Shown in pieces: positions 32,725-43,039 of a stretch of DNA of 64,000 nt. The translations under genes and the position numbers were made by a program. Position 1 is the stretch's first letter. Each line of letters starts with the position of its first letter. The notes beneath the pieces were generated by a model, which ran no database searches, was not told where the DNA came from, and was given only the letters and a program-made list of their open reading frames with translations. Location: NCBI GenBank assembly GCA_964016885.1, contig OZ024751.1:20212001-20276000 (forward strand), given 5' to 3'. Source of the stretch: Eledone cirrhosa (lineage: Eukaryota).

Positions 32725-35700
32725 ATGAAAGAAACAACAGCAATAACAAAAAAAACAAAAACAAAGATTACCAGGTAACTTACTTTTTCATTACCTCCAT
32801 CTTACAGTCCATTTTTTTAGTTTCAGAAGATCCTGTTAAGGGTGAAAGCAGCGATTCTTTGCTTAAACTTTAATCTGTTATTTGCTCTATGGTTCTTATA
32901 TATTTGATATATATTTATCCTTATCGAGCCTCTTTGGATTTTAGTCTTCAAATTTATTATTATTACTATATATATATATATATATATATATAAACACACA
33001 TCTGTGCTCAGGATTTTACACATCTCCATATAACGATTATATATATATAGTGATAAGGGCTGGCTGAGATATGGTCAGAGACTAGAGAGATGAGAGAGAC
33101 CTCATCTTGCTCATACATTCCATATACTTTATTTATCATCCCCAGAACCACAAAAGGATGAGACATAAACCTGACCTTAGTGGGATTTGAACTCAGAAAG
33201 TCAGAATAAATACCACAAGGTATGCTATCCACTGCTTTAATAACTCTACCAATTCACCTCATTAGTCAACCTTTAAATTTAGAATTATATAAACAATTTA
33301 GAATCTGGTTTAAAAAAACATGTCTTATGATATTGCTGTTGTTGTTGTTGTCGTTATTATTGTTGTTGTTTTTGTTTTTATTGTTATTGTTATTGTCATT
33401 GTTGTTATTGTTGTTGTTGGTTGTTGTTATTATTTTGTAGGAGGTCTTATTTTTGTTTTGTTTATTTTGTATTTTGTTCTCCTCCTTCCTCACCTTATTT
33501 GGCAGTGGTTCCGGAATATATCTTAGGGCCCTCAAAGACTGTTCTGTACCATTATATGTGATAACTGCATTGGGTTCACAGCTGTGATCTATTTTGGAAG
33601 AACTGGAATAGAACAAAACCTTTAGTTAGTCAAACAGCTACTTTCAGGTCCTAAATATTAGGGGGAGTTGGGATAAGTGGAAGAGAGGGAGATTTGCTTA
33701 AATTATTATAAGCGGGGAGAGGGGTACATTTGCCTAAATTCTTATAAACAGGGTGGGGGAATTTGCTGAAATTCTTATAGGCAGTGGGGGGGGGGGATAA
33801 ACTGAGGGGGTTGGGAAATCAGTAATTGTGTATGTTCGTAAATATGGGATTTCTTGTAATGTTCTTTTTTTGTCATATATAATGGTTTCTTTTTTAATAT
33901 AAAATAAAATTTGGGTAATTGCTGGCCTTGTGCCAAAAGTAGAAACAATTATTAGATTCTCCAGCTGCTGTTTCGAAACAAAACACTTACAAAAAAATTT
34001 TGCCAGAGATAGATTAGCAAAATTTAATAAGCGAGTAGCCTGAAATAAAAGCGGGGGTTTGAAAAAATCTGAAAAATTAATAAGCGAGGCAAAACAATTA
34101 TTCAAGACCTGAGAGTATCACTAAATCCAAGTCTCATAACCTAGTAGATTAAGGGACTACACCACCACCTGGTCTTTGAGTGTATTTACTTTAGGTGAAA
34201 GGCCTAAGAAACACCTGGTCTAACACTACCACATAGTCTTTAATTAACTATCTTTAATTTGGATGGTAGGCCTAAGCCAACACCAAGTCTAACCTCTTTC
34301 TGACAGTATCTCTAATGAAATATATTCTATTTCAGTTAATTAACGAAGAATTTTGAGGAATAATAAGATAGTAACTTAACATATGACTCTTATATAATAT
34401 ATTATGTTGAAAGATTTTAATTTAAAGAGGAACTCTGTATTTCAATTAATGAAGAATTTTGATAGATTTAATAAAATCATTAATTATTTCATTAATAAAA
34501 ATCTTATATAATATATTGTTGGAAGATTTTAATTTTAATTTGTTTTAAATCTCTATATCAATTAATGAAGCATTTTGAGAGATTTACTAATTAATTATTT
34601 CAGTAATAAGATAATGAATTTTTCTATGGTTCTTATGTTGGAAGGTGTTAATCTAAATAAGAACCCTTTAAAATGGGTTGTTCTGTTTCCTACCAAAGCC
34701 AGTTTTGGCTGGATTGATATCAACTCTTGTCTTCTTAGATATCTGAAGATTCTTTAGGGTGGTGCTTATCTCAGTTTTCTTCGTTACGTGATAGTATAAG
34801 AATATCCCCTGAAAAGGACACCAGTTCATCGCAGGGTTAACCTTCAGTTGCTGCCAGTATTCATTTTCAGGTGAGTCTACTGAAGCAATACGAAATGAAG
34901 TATTTTAATGAAAAACACAATGCACCACCTGATTCAGCAATTGAACCCATGACATTTTGATCATAAATCTAATACCCTAACCACTAGGTCACATACTTTC
35001 ACTTTACAGAGTAAAGTGGATATATTTTATTGTGTCAACAGCACTAGTAAGGTTTCTGTGTATTTAATAATAATAATGATAATAATAATGAAATTATTGT
35101 GTAAAGTGCTCAGGTGCACTACAACTCGTCAAAGGTGTATGTATAGTACATAGAATAATACACAAATGTCAGGGAAGTACATGTGTGTATGTGTTAGCTG
35201 TAGTGTTGGCGGATCTCGGGAAGCACGGAGGCCTTAAAGGATGCAGTGTCTCGACAGCTAACAACTGATGCAGGTAGTTTGTTCCATGCTTCAGCAACTC
35301 TGAGCATGAAAAAATGTTTCCGAAAGTCATGGGAACTGTGCTGTTTTCTGACTTTGTGGGCATGTCCACGTGTGTTAGACACATGGAAATCAAAAAGGTA
35401 CTCAGGGTTGTTGTTGGCAACATGGTTAACAATTTTGTGGGTGTTTACCAAGTCAGTTGCCAGGCGTCGGAGCTTCAATGTATCCATGCCCAGGGAAGCA
35501 AGGCGCTCAGAGTATGGTAGATGCCTGATGGAGGGTATTCGCTTGGTTGCATGTCTCTGAACAGTTTCCAGGAGGTCAATGTTCTGAGCAAGATAGGGGT
35601 TCCAGACTGGTGATGCAATTTCAAAAGATTCAAGAGCACTCATGTCTCTACATCATTTCTGTTTAATCAAGGCAGTGTTATTAAGGGTGAAAAAAAACAT

Positions 35701-38208
35701 CATAAATTAAAGGTAGTAGATCTTACTTCAAGTAAACTCCAAGAGCAGTCATGTCTCTACATCATCTCTGTTTAATCAAGGTATTGTTATTAAGAAGGTG
35801 AATAACAACAACATAGATTAAAGGTAGAACTTACCTCAGGTAAACTCCAGTTCCAATGGTTGTGGTGTAGTCTTCATCTGGGATGGCAAAACAGTTAATG
35901 AGCATCTGGAGTAAAACAAGAATACCAGAATTCTTTCAAGACAAAATCCAAACAACAGCAGCAAATATTTTAAGATCATTTCCCCCTTAAAACAGAGGGT
36001 ACCTTCTGGGCCTCATAACAGACTTCAGACTTATCATGGGGTTGACTTTGAAGCCATGTTTTACAACCAGATGTCCTTCATGTCACCAACATTTTGAATG
36101 GCCTCTTATGACATGTTTTACAACCAGATGTCCATCATTTCACCGACCTATATAGTGACCTCTATGGCATGCAGGGATACGGTTTATCTATTCTAAACAG
36201 GATATATACAAAACCCCCAAAAAACAAACAACTATATGTTCATTTCCAGCTATAACATGCTGTGACAGTGTCATATTGTGTGACATTGTTATATTGTGGG
36301 TTTGTATTGGAATTGAACCCATGACCATGTTAACCACTAGTCCACATGCTTTCACAACAACATTGACAACAATAATACTAACAACAACAACAACAATATT
36401 GTTAAATATAAGTGATATAAAGTAGATAGTATAACTCACTTTTCCATACATGTCAAACAGAGTTTCATCAGAAGGTAATGTAACAGAGTTTCCAGCCACA
36501 TCATGAAAGATTTCTAATTTAAATCTAACACCATTTTGTTTTAAGTTCTGATAATCTGAAATAGATATTTCATATATGTGATATTATTATTATATTATTA
36601 TATGAAGGCACATGGCTTAGTGGTTAGAGCATTGGCCTTGCAATCGAAAGGTTGTGAGTTCAATTCTCAGACCGGGTGATGTGTTGTTTCCTTGAGCAAG
36701 ACACTTTATTTCACATTGCTCCAGTTTACTCAGCTGTAGAAATGAGATGATAGGGACTAGGGTCCCTATCATTCCACTGTAAAGTGGTCGTGGAGGTGCC
36801 ATGGCAAAAAAGCACCCAGCACTCAATGTAAATGAGGTTGGTGTTAGGAAGGGCATCCAGCTGGAGAAATCAAGCCAGAATCAGTTCCCGTCCCACCCTT
36901 GCAAGCAGGGAAAAGTGGACGTAAAATGAAATGATGATGATGATGATGATGATTTAAATAGGAATGGTGTGTTCATGTGCAGAGATGTTATAAAATAACT
37001 TATAAGATAGAGTAAAAACTCTTAAAAGATGGAAAACGAAATTGCCATTATTATCTGGGAAATATAGGTGGTAAATTAGCAGAGTTATTAGAATGGTGGA
37101 TAGAATGCTTTATGGTACTCATTGCCGCTCTCTACTCTCTGAGTTCAAATCCCACCAAAGTCAACTTTGCTTTTGAGGTCGATAAAAAAAGTACCAGTCT
37201 TGTACTGGAATAGATTCTTCCTCTATATCTCTTTCTCATTTCCTCTCTCTCACCCTATCTCTCCATATATATATATACAATACCAGTGAAGTACTGGGGT
37301 TGATTCTTCCTCTATATCTCTTTCTCATTTCCTCTCTCTCACCCAATCTCTCCATATATATATATATATACAATACCAGTGAAGTACTGGGGTTGATTCT
37401 TCCTCTATATCTCTTCCTCATTTCCTCTCTCTCACCCTATCTCTCCATATATATATATACAATACCAGTGAAGTACTGGGGTTGATTCTTCCTCTATATC
37501 TCTTCCTCATTTCCTCTCTCTCACCCAATCTCTCCATATATATATATATATATATATACAATACCAGTCTAGTATTGGGGTTGATTCTTCCTCTATATCT
37601 CTTCCTCATTTCCTCTCTCTCACCCTATCTCTCCATATATATATATATACAATACCAGTCTAGTATTGGGGTTGATTCTTCCTCTATATCTCTTCCTCAT
37701 TTCCTCTCTCTCACCCTATCTCTCCATATATATATATATATACAATACCAGTGAAGTATTGGGGTTGATTCTTCCTCTATATCTCTTCCTCATTTCCTCT
37801 CTCTCACCCAATCTCTCCATATATATATATATATATATACAATACCAGTTTAGTACTGGGGTTGATTCTTCCTCTATATCTCTTTCTCCTTTCCTCTCTC
37901 TCACCCTATCTCTCCATATATATATATATATATATATATACAATACCAGTTTAGTACTGGGGTTGATTCTTCCTCTATATCTCTTCCTCATTTCCTCTCT
38001 CTCACCCAATCTCTCCATATATATATATATATATATATACAATACCAGTTTAGTACTGGGGTTGATTCTTCCTCTATATCTCTTTCTCATTTCCTCTCTC
38101 TCACCCTATCTCTCCATATATATATATATATACAATACCAGTGAAGTACTGGGGTTGATTCTTCCTCTATATCTCTTTCTCATTTCCTCTCTCTCACCCA
38201 ATCTCTCC

Positions 38209-38239
<31 letters not shown>

Positions 38240-38497
38240 ACCAGTTTAGTACTGGGGTTGATTCTTCCTCTATATCTCTTCCTCATTTCCTCTCTCTCAC
38301 CCAATCTCTCCATATATATATATATATATACAATACCAGTTTAGTACTGGGGTTGATTCTTCCTCTATATCTCTTCCTCATTTCCTCTCTCTCACCCTAT
38401 CTCTCCATATATATATATATATACAATACCAGTGAAGTACTGGGGTTGATTCTTCCTCTATATCTCTTTCTCATTTCCTCTCTCTCACCCTATCTCT

Positions 38498-38551
<54 letters not shown>

Positions 38552-40706
38552 TACCAGTCTAGTACTGGGGTTGATTCTTCCTCTATATCTCTTTCTCATT
38601 TCCTCTCTCTCACCCTATCTCTCCATATATATATACAATACCAGTGAAGTACTGGGGTTGATTCTTCCTCTATATCTCTTTCTCATTTCCTCTCTCTCAC
38701 CCTATCTCTCCATATATATATGTATATATATATATACAGTACCAGTGAAGTACTGGGGTTGATTCTTCCTCTATATCTCTTTCTCATTTCCTCTCTTTCT
38801 CACTTTCCATCTTTCTCTGGAAGAAATCTGCTGTACTCAGACCTGGAGAGGGATGGGCTCCACTAGGTTTAATATAACCAAGAAATGCTGTATGTCAATA
38901 CAGCGCCCCTACAACTATATTAGGAGTTATGGAACCATACATACATACAGCTGGGAAATATGGGGTTCAATTCCTCATAACAGCCAATGTCAACTCCTTT
39001 TTCTGTTTTTTTAAGGGTCTTCACTCTATTTTATAAACTATTTTATAGTATATGAGGACATCATTCTTTATACCAAATTTATTGAAGAATTTTATTTTTA
39101 CTGGGAATAAATATACAATGATGGTATTGCCCCAGCATGGTTATAGCTCACTGACTGGAACCAGGAAAAGAGTAAAACAATACATACGTGACATTAAATC
39201 AATAAACTGTCTTTTCCACAAAGGATCTTCACCAAACTCCTTAGAATGATCTTGGTTCTGGGCAAAACAAAAAAAAAAAGGAGGAAATGTGAGAGTAACC
39301 AGGCCTCAAAGAATGAGAGGAAAAATGTTGACATCACAAAATATACCCTTGAAATATATTTTATGATGAGCAGGTCATATAGAATTCCCTCTAAATTCTA
39401 TGGCACTATTTGTTCCAATATAAAATCAAGGAAGGGACCCTGAGAAAGGACAGCTAAGGAAGCTAAACTAAAACTAAATACCATTGAAAGAAGATATAAA
39501 AACTACTCACCTGCCATCTGATAACCATTCTCAATACCATTCTTATTTCAGAAGCTGGTAACACAGGATTGTCTTGGTTCTGATAACAAAGACATTCAGT
39601 TTGATGTACGGCTGAATCTAACTCCTGGAAAGCAGAAAAAATAAATGCATGTCCTTTAGCTTTCTTCGTATTTATAAAATGTTTGAAGGTGGATTAGCAG
39701 AATCGGTAAAGCATCAGATGAAATTCTTTGTGTCATTTATCCAGCCACAATTCTCTCACCTCTTTCTGTTCAAACCATCCATAACCAGCTGCTCATACTT
39801 ATGTTAAGGTATTGTTCTCAAAATAAATAACATCAACATTTCATAGATTCAATATTATGTGAGATAATTATGTGAGGTAAAGCCTTTATCATGAAAATAT
39901 AAATGTAAATGCTAAAGGGTTAAGGCCCTTTACGTTCTGAGTTCAAATCTTACCCAGGTCAACGTTGCCTTTTATCTTTCTGATGGTAGGTAAAATAAAG
40001 TACCAGTCAAGTACTGGGAGCAATTTAATTGGCTTTCCCCTACCCCAAAATTTACTGACCTTTTGCCTAAATTAGAAACAATAATAATAATAATTGTTTC
40101 TAAACTTAGCACAAGGCCAGCAATTTGCGAGAGTACGGGACTGGGGAAAGTCGATTAAATCGACCGCAGTACATTACTGGTACTTTATTTTATCGACCCC
40201 GAAAGGATAAAAGGCAAAGCTAACCTCGGCGGGATTTGAACTCAGAACTTAAAGGGCCGTAACTCTATGCTGCAAAGCACGGTGTCCAACACTCTACCAA
40301 TACTGCCAATCCACTGCCCTCAGTATAATAATAATAATTGTTTCTACATTTGGCACAAGGCCAGCAATTTGAAGGGAAGGGGAAAGTCGTTTAAATTCAC
40401 CCCAGTACTTTACTGGTATTTTAGTTTATCCACCGCCAGAAAGATAACAAGCAAAGTTAACCTCAGCAGGATTTGAACTCAGAACATAAAGGGCCATAAC
40501 TATATGCCACAAAGCATGTTGCTGGATGCTCTACCAATACTGCCAATAATAAAAATTTCTGTTGTTAGGGTAACAGACTGGCAGAAATGTTAGGGTGTTA
40601 GACTAAATGCCTTGTTGAGTTAAAATACATAACTTAACAAACCTTACAGTTTGGGCTGCAGTAGCAAATTAGGGCACAACCAGAACAGCATTCCAGGTGA
40701 TCAGAA
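26228..40706 (-). CDS. SMYD3: SMYD3-like SET and MYND domain lysine methyltransferase, 12 exons, 5'-incomplete (gene span)
   Basis: Manually spliced exons (64,114,70,116,71,109,114,73,138,178,109,108 nt) all have GT-AG boundaries and compatible phases. They give a stop-free ~420 aa product with MYND (CCSGC..YCSPNC..HQTEC), SET (INCFAI..GTGVYLSSSKIDHSCEPNA..ISYI), post-SET (YFFDCNCVIC) and a helical TPR-like C-terminal domain. Confidence 0.93.
26436..26614 (-). mobile_element. SINE family A in the last SMYD3 intron, TSD AAGCCAATATAAT
   Basis: TSD at 26423-26435 and 26615-26627. Confidence 0.9.
27890..27998 (-). CDS. SMYD3: SMYD3-like exon (CTD): YYFVDPDFKLSLLLHELGKLYLNANKVENAREIFMK
   Basis: AAG|GTGAGT donor, 109 nt, LGKLY motif; the acceptor (GGGGTTAAAAG) is pyrimidine-poor. 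Confidence 0.85.
28116..28289. repeat. 13-bp tandem repeat (TGATATCAAC[T/A]TA) x about 13
   Basis: Direct reading; each unit carries the palindrome TGATATCA. Confidence 0.95.
28969..29146 (-). CDS. SMYD3: SMYD3-like exon (CTD): YENQLQTAEETLRYLDGTRIYEANFVHVEVMELAKEACIELKLWSKAADYGNKVWQQK(R)
   Basis: ATAG acceptor, AG|GTGAAT donor, 178 nt; ACIxLxxWxxAxxYG is typical of the SMYD CTD. Confidence 0.92.
29895..30281 (-). mobile_element. tRNA-derived CORE-like SINE family B
   Basis: Reverse complement of GGCACATGG..AGTGGTTAGAGC, GAGTTCAATTC and CCTTGAGCAAGACACTT, with a (ATG)n tail. Confidence 0.85.
30854..30991 (-). CDS. SMYD3: SMYD3-like exon: KEFFMLPCSVCSVRNDSPTILEETKSLWDYGVVKVQELRELDKVK(E)
   Basis: TTTTCAG acceptor, AAG|GTATGT donor, 138 nt, phase 1 to 1. 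Confidence 0.87.
31642..31714 (-). CDS. SMYD3: SMYD3-like exon: DRRLTSAHCPEMNCPGFIGMTTNK(E)
   Basis: TTTAAG acceptor, G|GTAAGT donor, 73 nt; bridges phase 0 to 1. Confidence 0.85.
32518..32631 (-). CDS. SMYD3: SMYD3-like exon (SET end/post-SET): IFISYIENDKPSWIRKDYLRKNYFFDCNCVICQQVESL
   Basis: TGCAG acceptor, CTT|GTAAGT donor, 114 nt; catalytic ISY tyrosine and CxCxxC post-SET. Confidence 0.94.
32819..32869 (+). ncRNA. hammerhead-like motif with U4A core (CAGAAGA)
   Basis: AGTTT-CAGAAGA-TCCTGTTAAGGGT-GAAA-GCA..TGC-TT-AAACT; same motif at 40901-40951; family tails at 4903-4985(-), 6280-6365, 32880-32970 and 40975-41060. Confidence 0.5.
33494..33602 (-). CDS. SMYD3: SMYD3-like exon (SET): SSKIDHSCEPNAVITYNGTEQSLRALRYIPEPLPNK
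   Basis: TTCCAG acceptor, AAG|GTGAGG donor, 109 nt; (N/D)HSCxPN motif. Confidence 0.94.
35067..35621 (-). mobile_element. CR1-clade LINE 3' fragment (intronic)
   Basis: ASPVWNPYLAQNIDLLETVQRHATKRIP..YSERLASLGMDTLKLRRL; highly similar to the 18.3 kb copy. Confidence 0.92.
35835..35905 (-). CDS. SMYD3: SMYD3-like exon (SET): MLINCFAIPDEDYTTTIGTGVYL(S)
   Basis: CTCCAG acceptor, AG|GTAAGT donor, 71 nt; NxF and GxGxY SET motifs. Confidence 0.93.
36440..36555 (-). CDS. SMYD3: SMYD3-like exon: YQNLKQNGVRFKLEIFHDVAGNSVTLPSDETLFDMYGK
   Basis: TTTCAG acceptor, AAA|GTGAGT donor, 116 nt, phase 1 to 0. Confidence 0.88.
36607..36953 (+). mobile_element. tRNA-derived CORE-like SINE family B, full length
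   Basis: A-box TGGCTTAGTGG, B-box GAGTTCAATTC, CORE-like CCTTGAGCAAGACACTT, (GAT)n tail; related heads at 55874-56095(+), 45700-45835(-) and 58420-58610(-). Confidence 0.88.
37190..38800 (+). repeat. SINE-derived compound minisatellite, about 17 units of 90-125 bp, each ending in variable (TA)n
   Basis: Unit CAATACCAGTNNAGTACTGGGGTTGATTCTTCCTCTATATCTC..CTCCA(TA)n; grows out of the SINE starting at about 37068. Confidence 0.92.
39188..39257 (-). CDS. SMYD3: SMYD3-like exon: NQDHSKEFGEDPLWKRQFIDLMS(H)
   Basis: CCCAG acceptor, C|GTATGT donor, 70 nt, phase 0 to 1; DLMSH is typical of SMYD SET-I. Confidence 0.88.
39511..39624 (-). CDS. SMYD3: SMYD3-like exon (MYND end/SET-I): ELDSAVHQTECLCYQNQDNPVLPASEIRMVLRMVIRWQ
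   Basis: TTCCAG acceptor, CAG|GTGAGT donor, 114 nt; HxxEC end of the MYND finger. Confidence 0.92.
40643..40706 (-). CDS. SMYD3: SMYD3-like exon (MYND middle): SDHLECCSGCALICYCSPNCK
   Basis: TCTTTAG acceptor, AAG|GTTTGT donor, 64 nt, phase 2 to 0; CxxC and YCxxxC zinc ligands. Confidence 0.9.
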
Positions 40707-40732
40707 CTAAAGAAAGAATTGATAAAACAAGG

Positions 40733-40794
<62 letters not shown>

Positions 40795-40801
<7 letters not shown>

Positions 40802-41055
40802 TAACAGATTAAAGTTTAAGCAAAGAATCGCTGCTTTCACCCTTAACGGGATCTTCTGAAATGAGGTTGGTGTTAGGAAGGGCATCCAGCTGTAGAAAGT
40901 AGTTTCAGAAGATCCCGTTAAGGGTGAAAGTAGCGATTCTTTGCTTAAACTTTAATCTGTTATTTTAATAAATATTTGCTCTACGGTTCTTATATATTTG
41001 ATATATATTTATCCTTATCGAGCTCTCTTTGGATTTTAGTCTTCAAATTTATTAT

Positions 41056-41060
<5 letters not shown>
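40795..41060 (+). mobile_element. fold-back (TA)n-embedded element with hammerhead-like motif and captured SINE spacer
   Basis: Arms about 40795-40861 / 40903-40969, GCTC..GAGC tail, (TA)n on both sides. Confidence 0.75.
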
Positions 41061-41110
<50 letters not shown>

Positions 41111-41556
41111 AGGACTGGGGTCCCTATCATTCCACTGCAAAGTGGTCGTGGAGGTGCCATGGCAAAAAAGCACCCAGCACTCACTGGAAATGAGGTTGGT
41201 GTTAGGAAGGGCATCCAGCTGTAGAAATCAAGCCAGAATCAGTTCCCGTCCCACCCTTGCAAGCAGGGAAAAGCGTACGTAAAATGATGATGATGATGAT
41301 GATGATATATACACAATACAAAGAAATACACAGACACATGCGAATACATACATATTCATGCATATACCCACATATATCCATGAATTTGTGTGGTGCCAAC
41401 CTTAACCGTTGTTGCTCTATGAATAATAGCCACGAAACTACATAATCAAGGATAATGAAGGAATTTAGGTATATTATATCTTTTTATTTATATCTAATGT
41501 TTCTTCTTTCTTTATAGAAAGCAGGGAAAAAGCGGACGTAAAATGAAATGAAAATG

Positions 41557-41592
<36 letters not shown>

Positions 41593-42147
41593 GAGAGAGA
41601 GTATGTGGTGTAGAGACCAAGGAGATCATTAATCATGTGAGTACTCAATGCAAGGGGAGATGCAGAGTGGGTATAGAGATATGTAAAATCCTGACTGCAG
41701 CACCAAACGATTGGGATTTTACCTCTCTCTCTCTCTATATATATATATATATCATCATCATCATCATCATCATCATCATTTAATGTCCATATTCCATGCT
41801 TGCATGGGTTTGGACGGGAATTTTCCCACTTGAGGCAAGATTGGTTGTCTTGCTCATATAGGACTGTCTGGCGGGTTTTCTACGGCTAGATGCCCTTCCT
41901 AACACCAACCACGTTTACAGTGTGGACTGGGAGGTTTTTACCGTGTTACCTACACGGCCACATTACAGCGTGGACTGTGTGTTTTTTTGTCGTGACACCT
42001 ACACGACCTCATTTATTTCGGATTGGATGTTGTGGTACCAACATAACTTTACATTGAAAGGAGTGGTGTGGATGGGGTGGGGGTAGTGGGACAGGGGGTG
42101 TATTTTGTTAGAGGTGCCTACTGACTGTAGTAGGTTTTGCTTTGTAC

Positions 42148-42513
42148 TTAGGCAAGGCGGGTCTTCTGTATTACTGTGTAGCGCCAAAGATCTTGGTCCA
42201 GTGACATTGTCTTGGAGAGGTGTAAGTGTGTGCGGTCGGAATTTATCAAGTCGTCCCAGGTTTTTCTGGGTCTGCCTACTCCGTGGCTACCATCTATTTT
42301 TATTGCCCTGCACTTTTTTATACAGCTGTCGTCTTTCATGCGCATCACATGACCATACCAACGTAGTCTTCTCTCGAGTAAACGACATCTGATTCCTCTT
42401 ATTCCTAATTTCTCCCTTAGTTCATTTATGCTTTGCCATTCACGTATATTACTATTACACATCCAACGGAGCATGCAAGCTTCGTTCCTCTCCAGTCTGC
42501 GTATATCCTCTGC
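42148..42513 (-). mobile_element. RTE-clade LINE 3' fragment
   Basis: RRLERNEACMLRWMC..RRLRWYGHVMRM..GRPRKTW. Confidence 0.9.
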
Positions 42514-42679
42514 ACACACACACATATATATATATATATATGGGGGGGGGGTATATCTATCTAAGAATGTAGAGAGCTTTCGCCTGCTTACTCCAGTTGT
42601 TTACCAAAACAACTTTTACTGAACATATATATATACATATATAGAAAGAGAAATAGATATAGAACGATGATGATGATAA

Positions 42680-42728
<49 letters not shown>

Positions 42729-43039
42729 TATATATATATATGTATTAGCAAATAGGTGGAGAAAGATGTATGGTTAAAAAGAAAGTTTTTTTAAATAATT
42801 GAAATTGAAAAATTATTACATATCAAACAATTTCAAGATTAACAAATGTAACAAATGCCAGGCAATGATTATAATTAAATGTTGAGGTGATGAAAATTAG
42901 AAAATTGGGTGTGGTGCTATGATTAGGACTCAGAGGTCATGAAAATTGGGAATTGGGTGTGGTTTAATGATTATGGTCCAAACATAAAATGTAAACCCAA
43001 ATTTACATTGTTCATTAAGTATTTCAGGAATCAATGTTA

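Noticed and set aside
37190-38800. CRISPR-like appearance of regularly spaced repeats (also 28116-28289 and 52897-53512)
   Set aside because: No unique spacers, eukaryotic context, no cas genes; these are tandem repeats.
42572-42606. Possible SMYD3 first exon MFSKSCFGKQL(D) with a phase-2 GTAAGC donor
   Set aside because: Lacks the first Cys of CxxC and the N-terminal SET segment; the ATG comes from a (TA)n edge, and similar sequence occurs on the other strand at about 46191.
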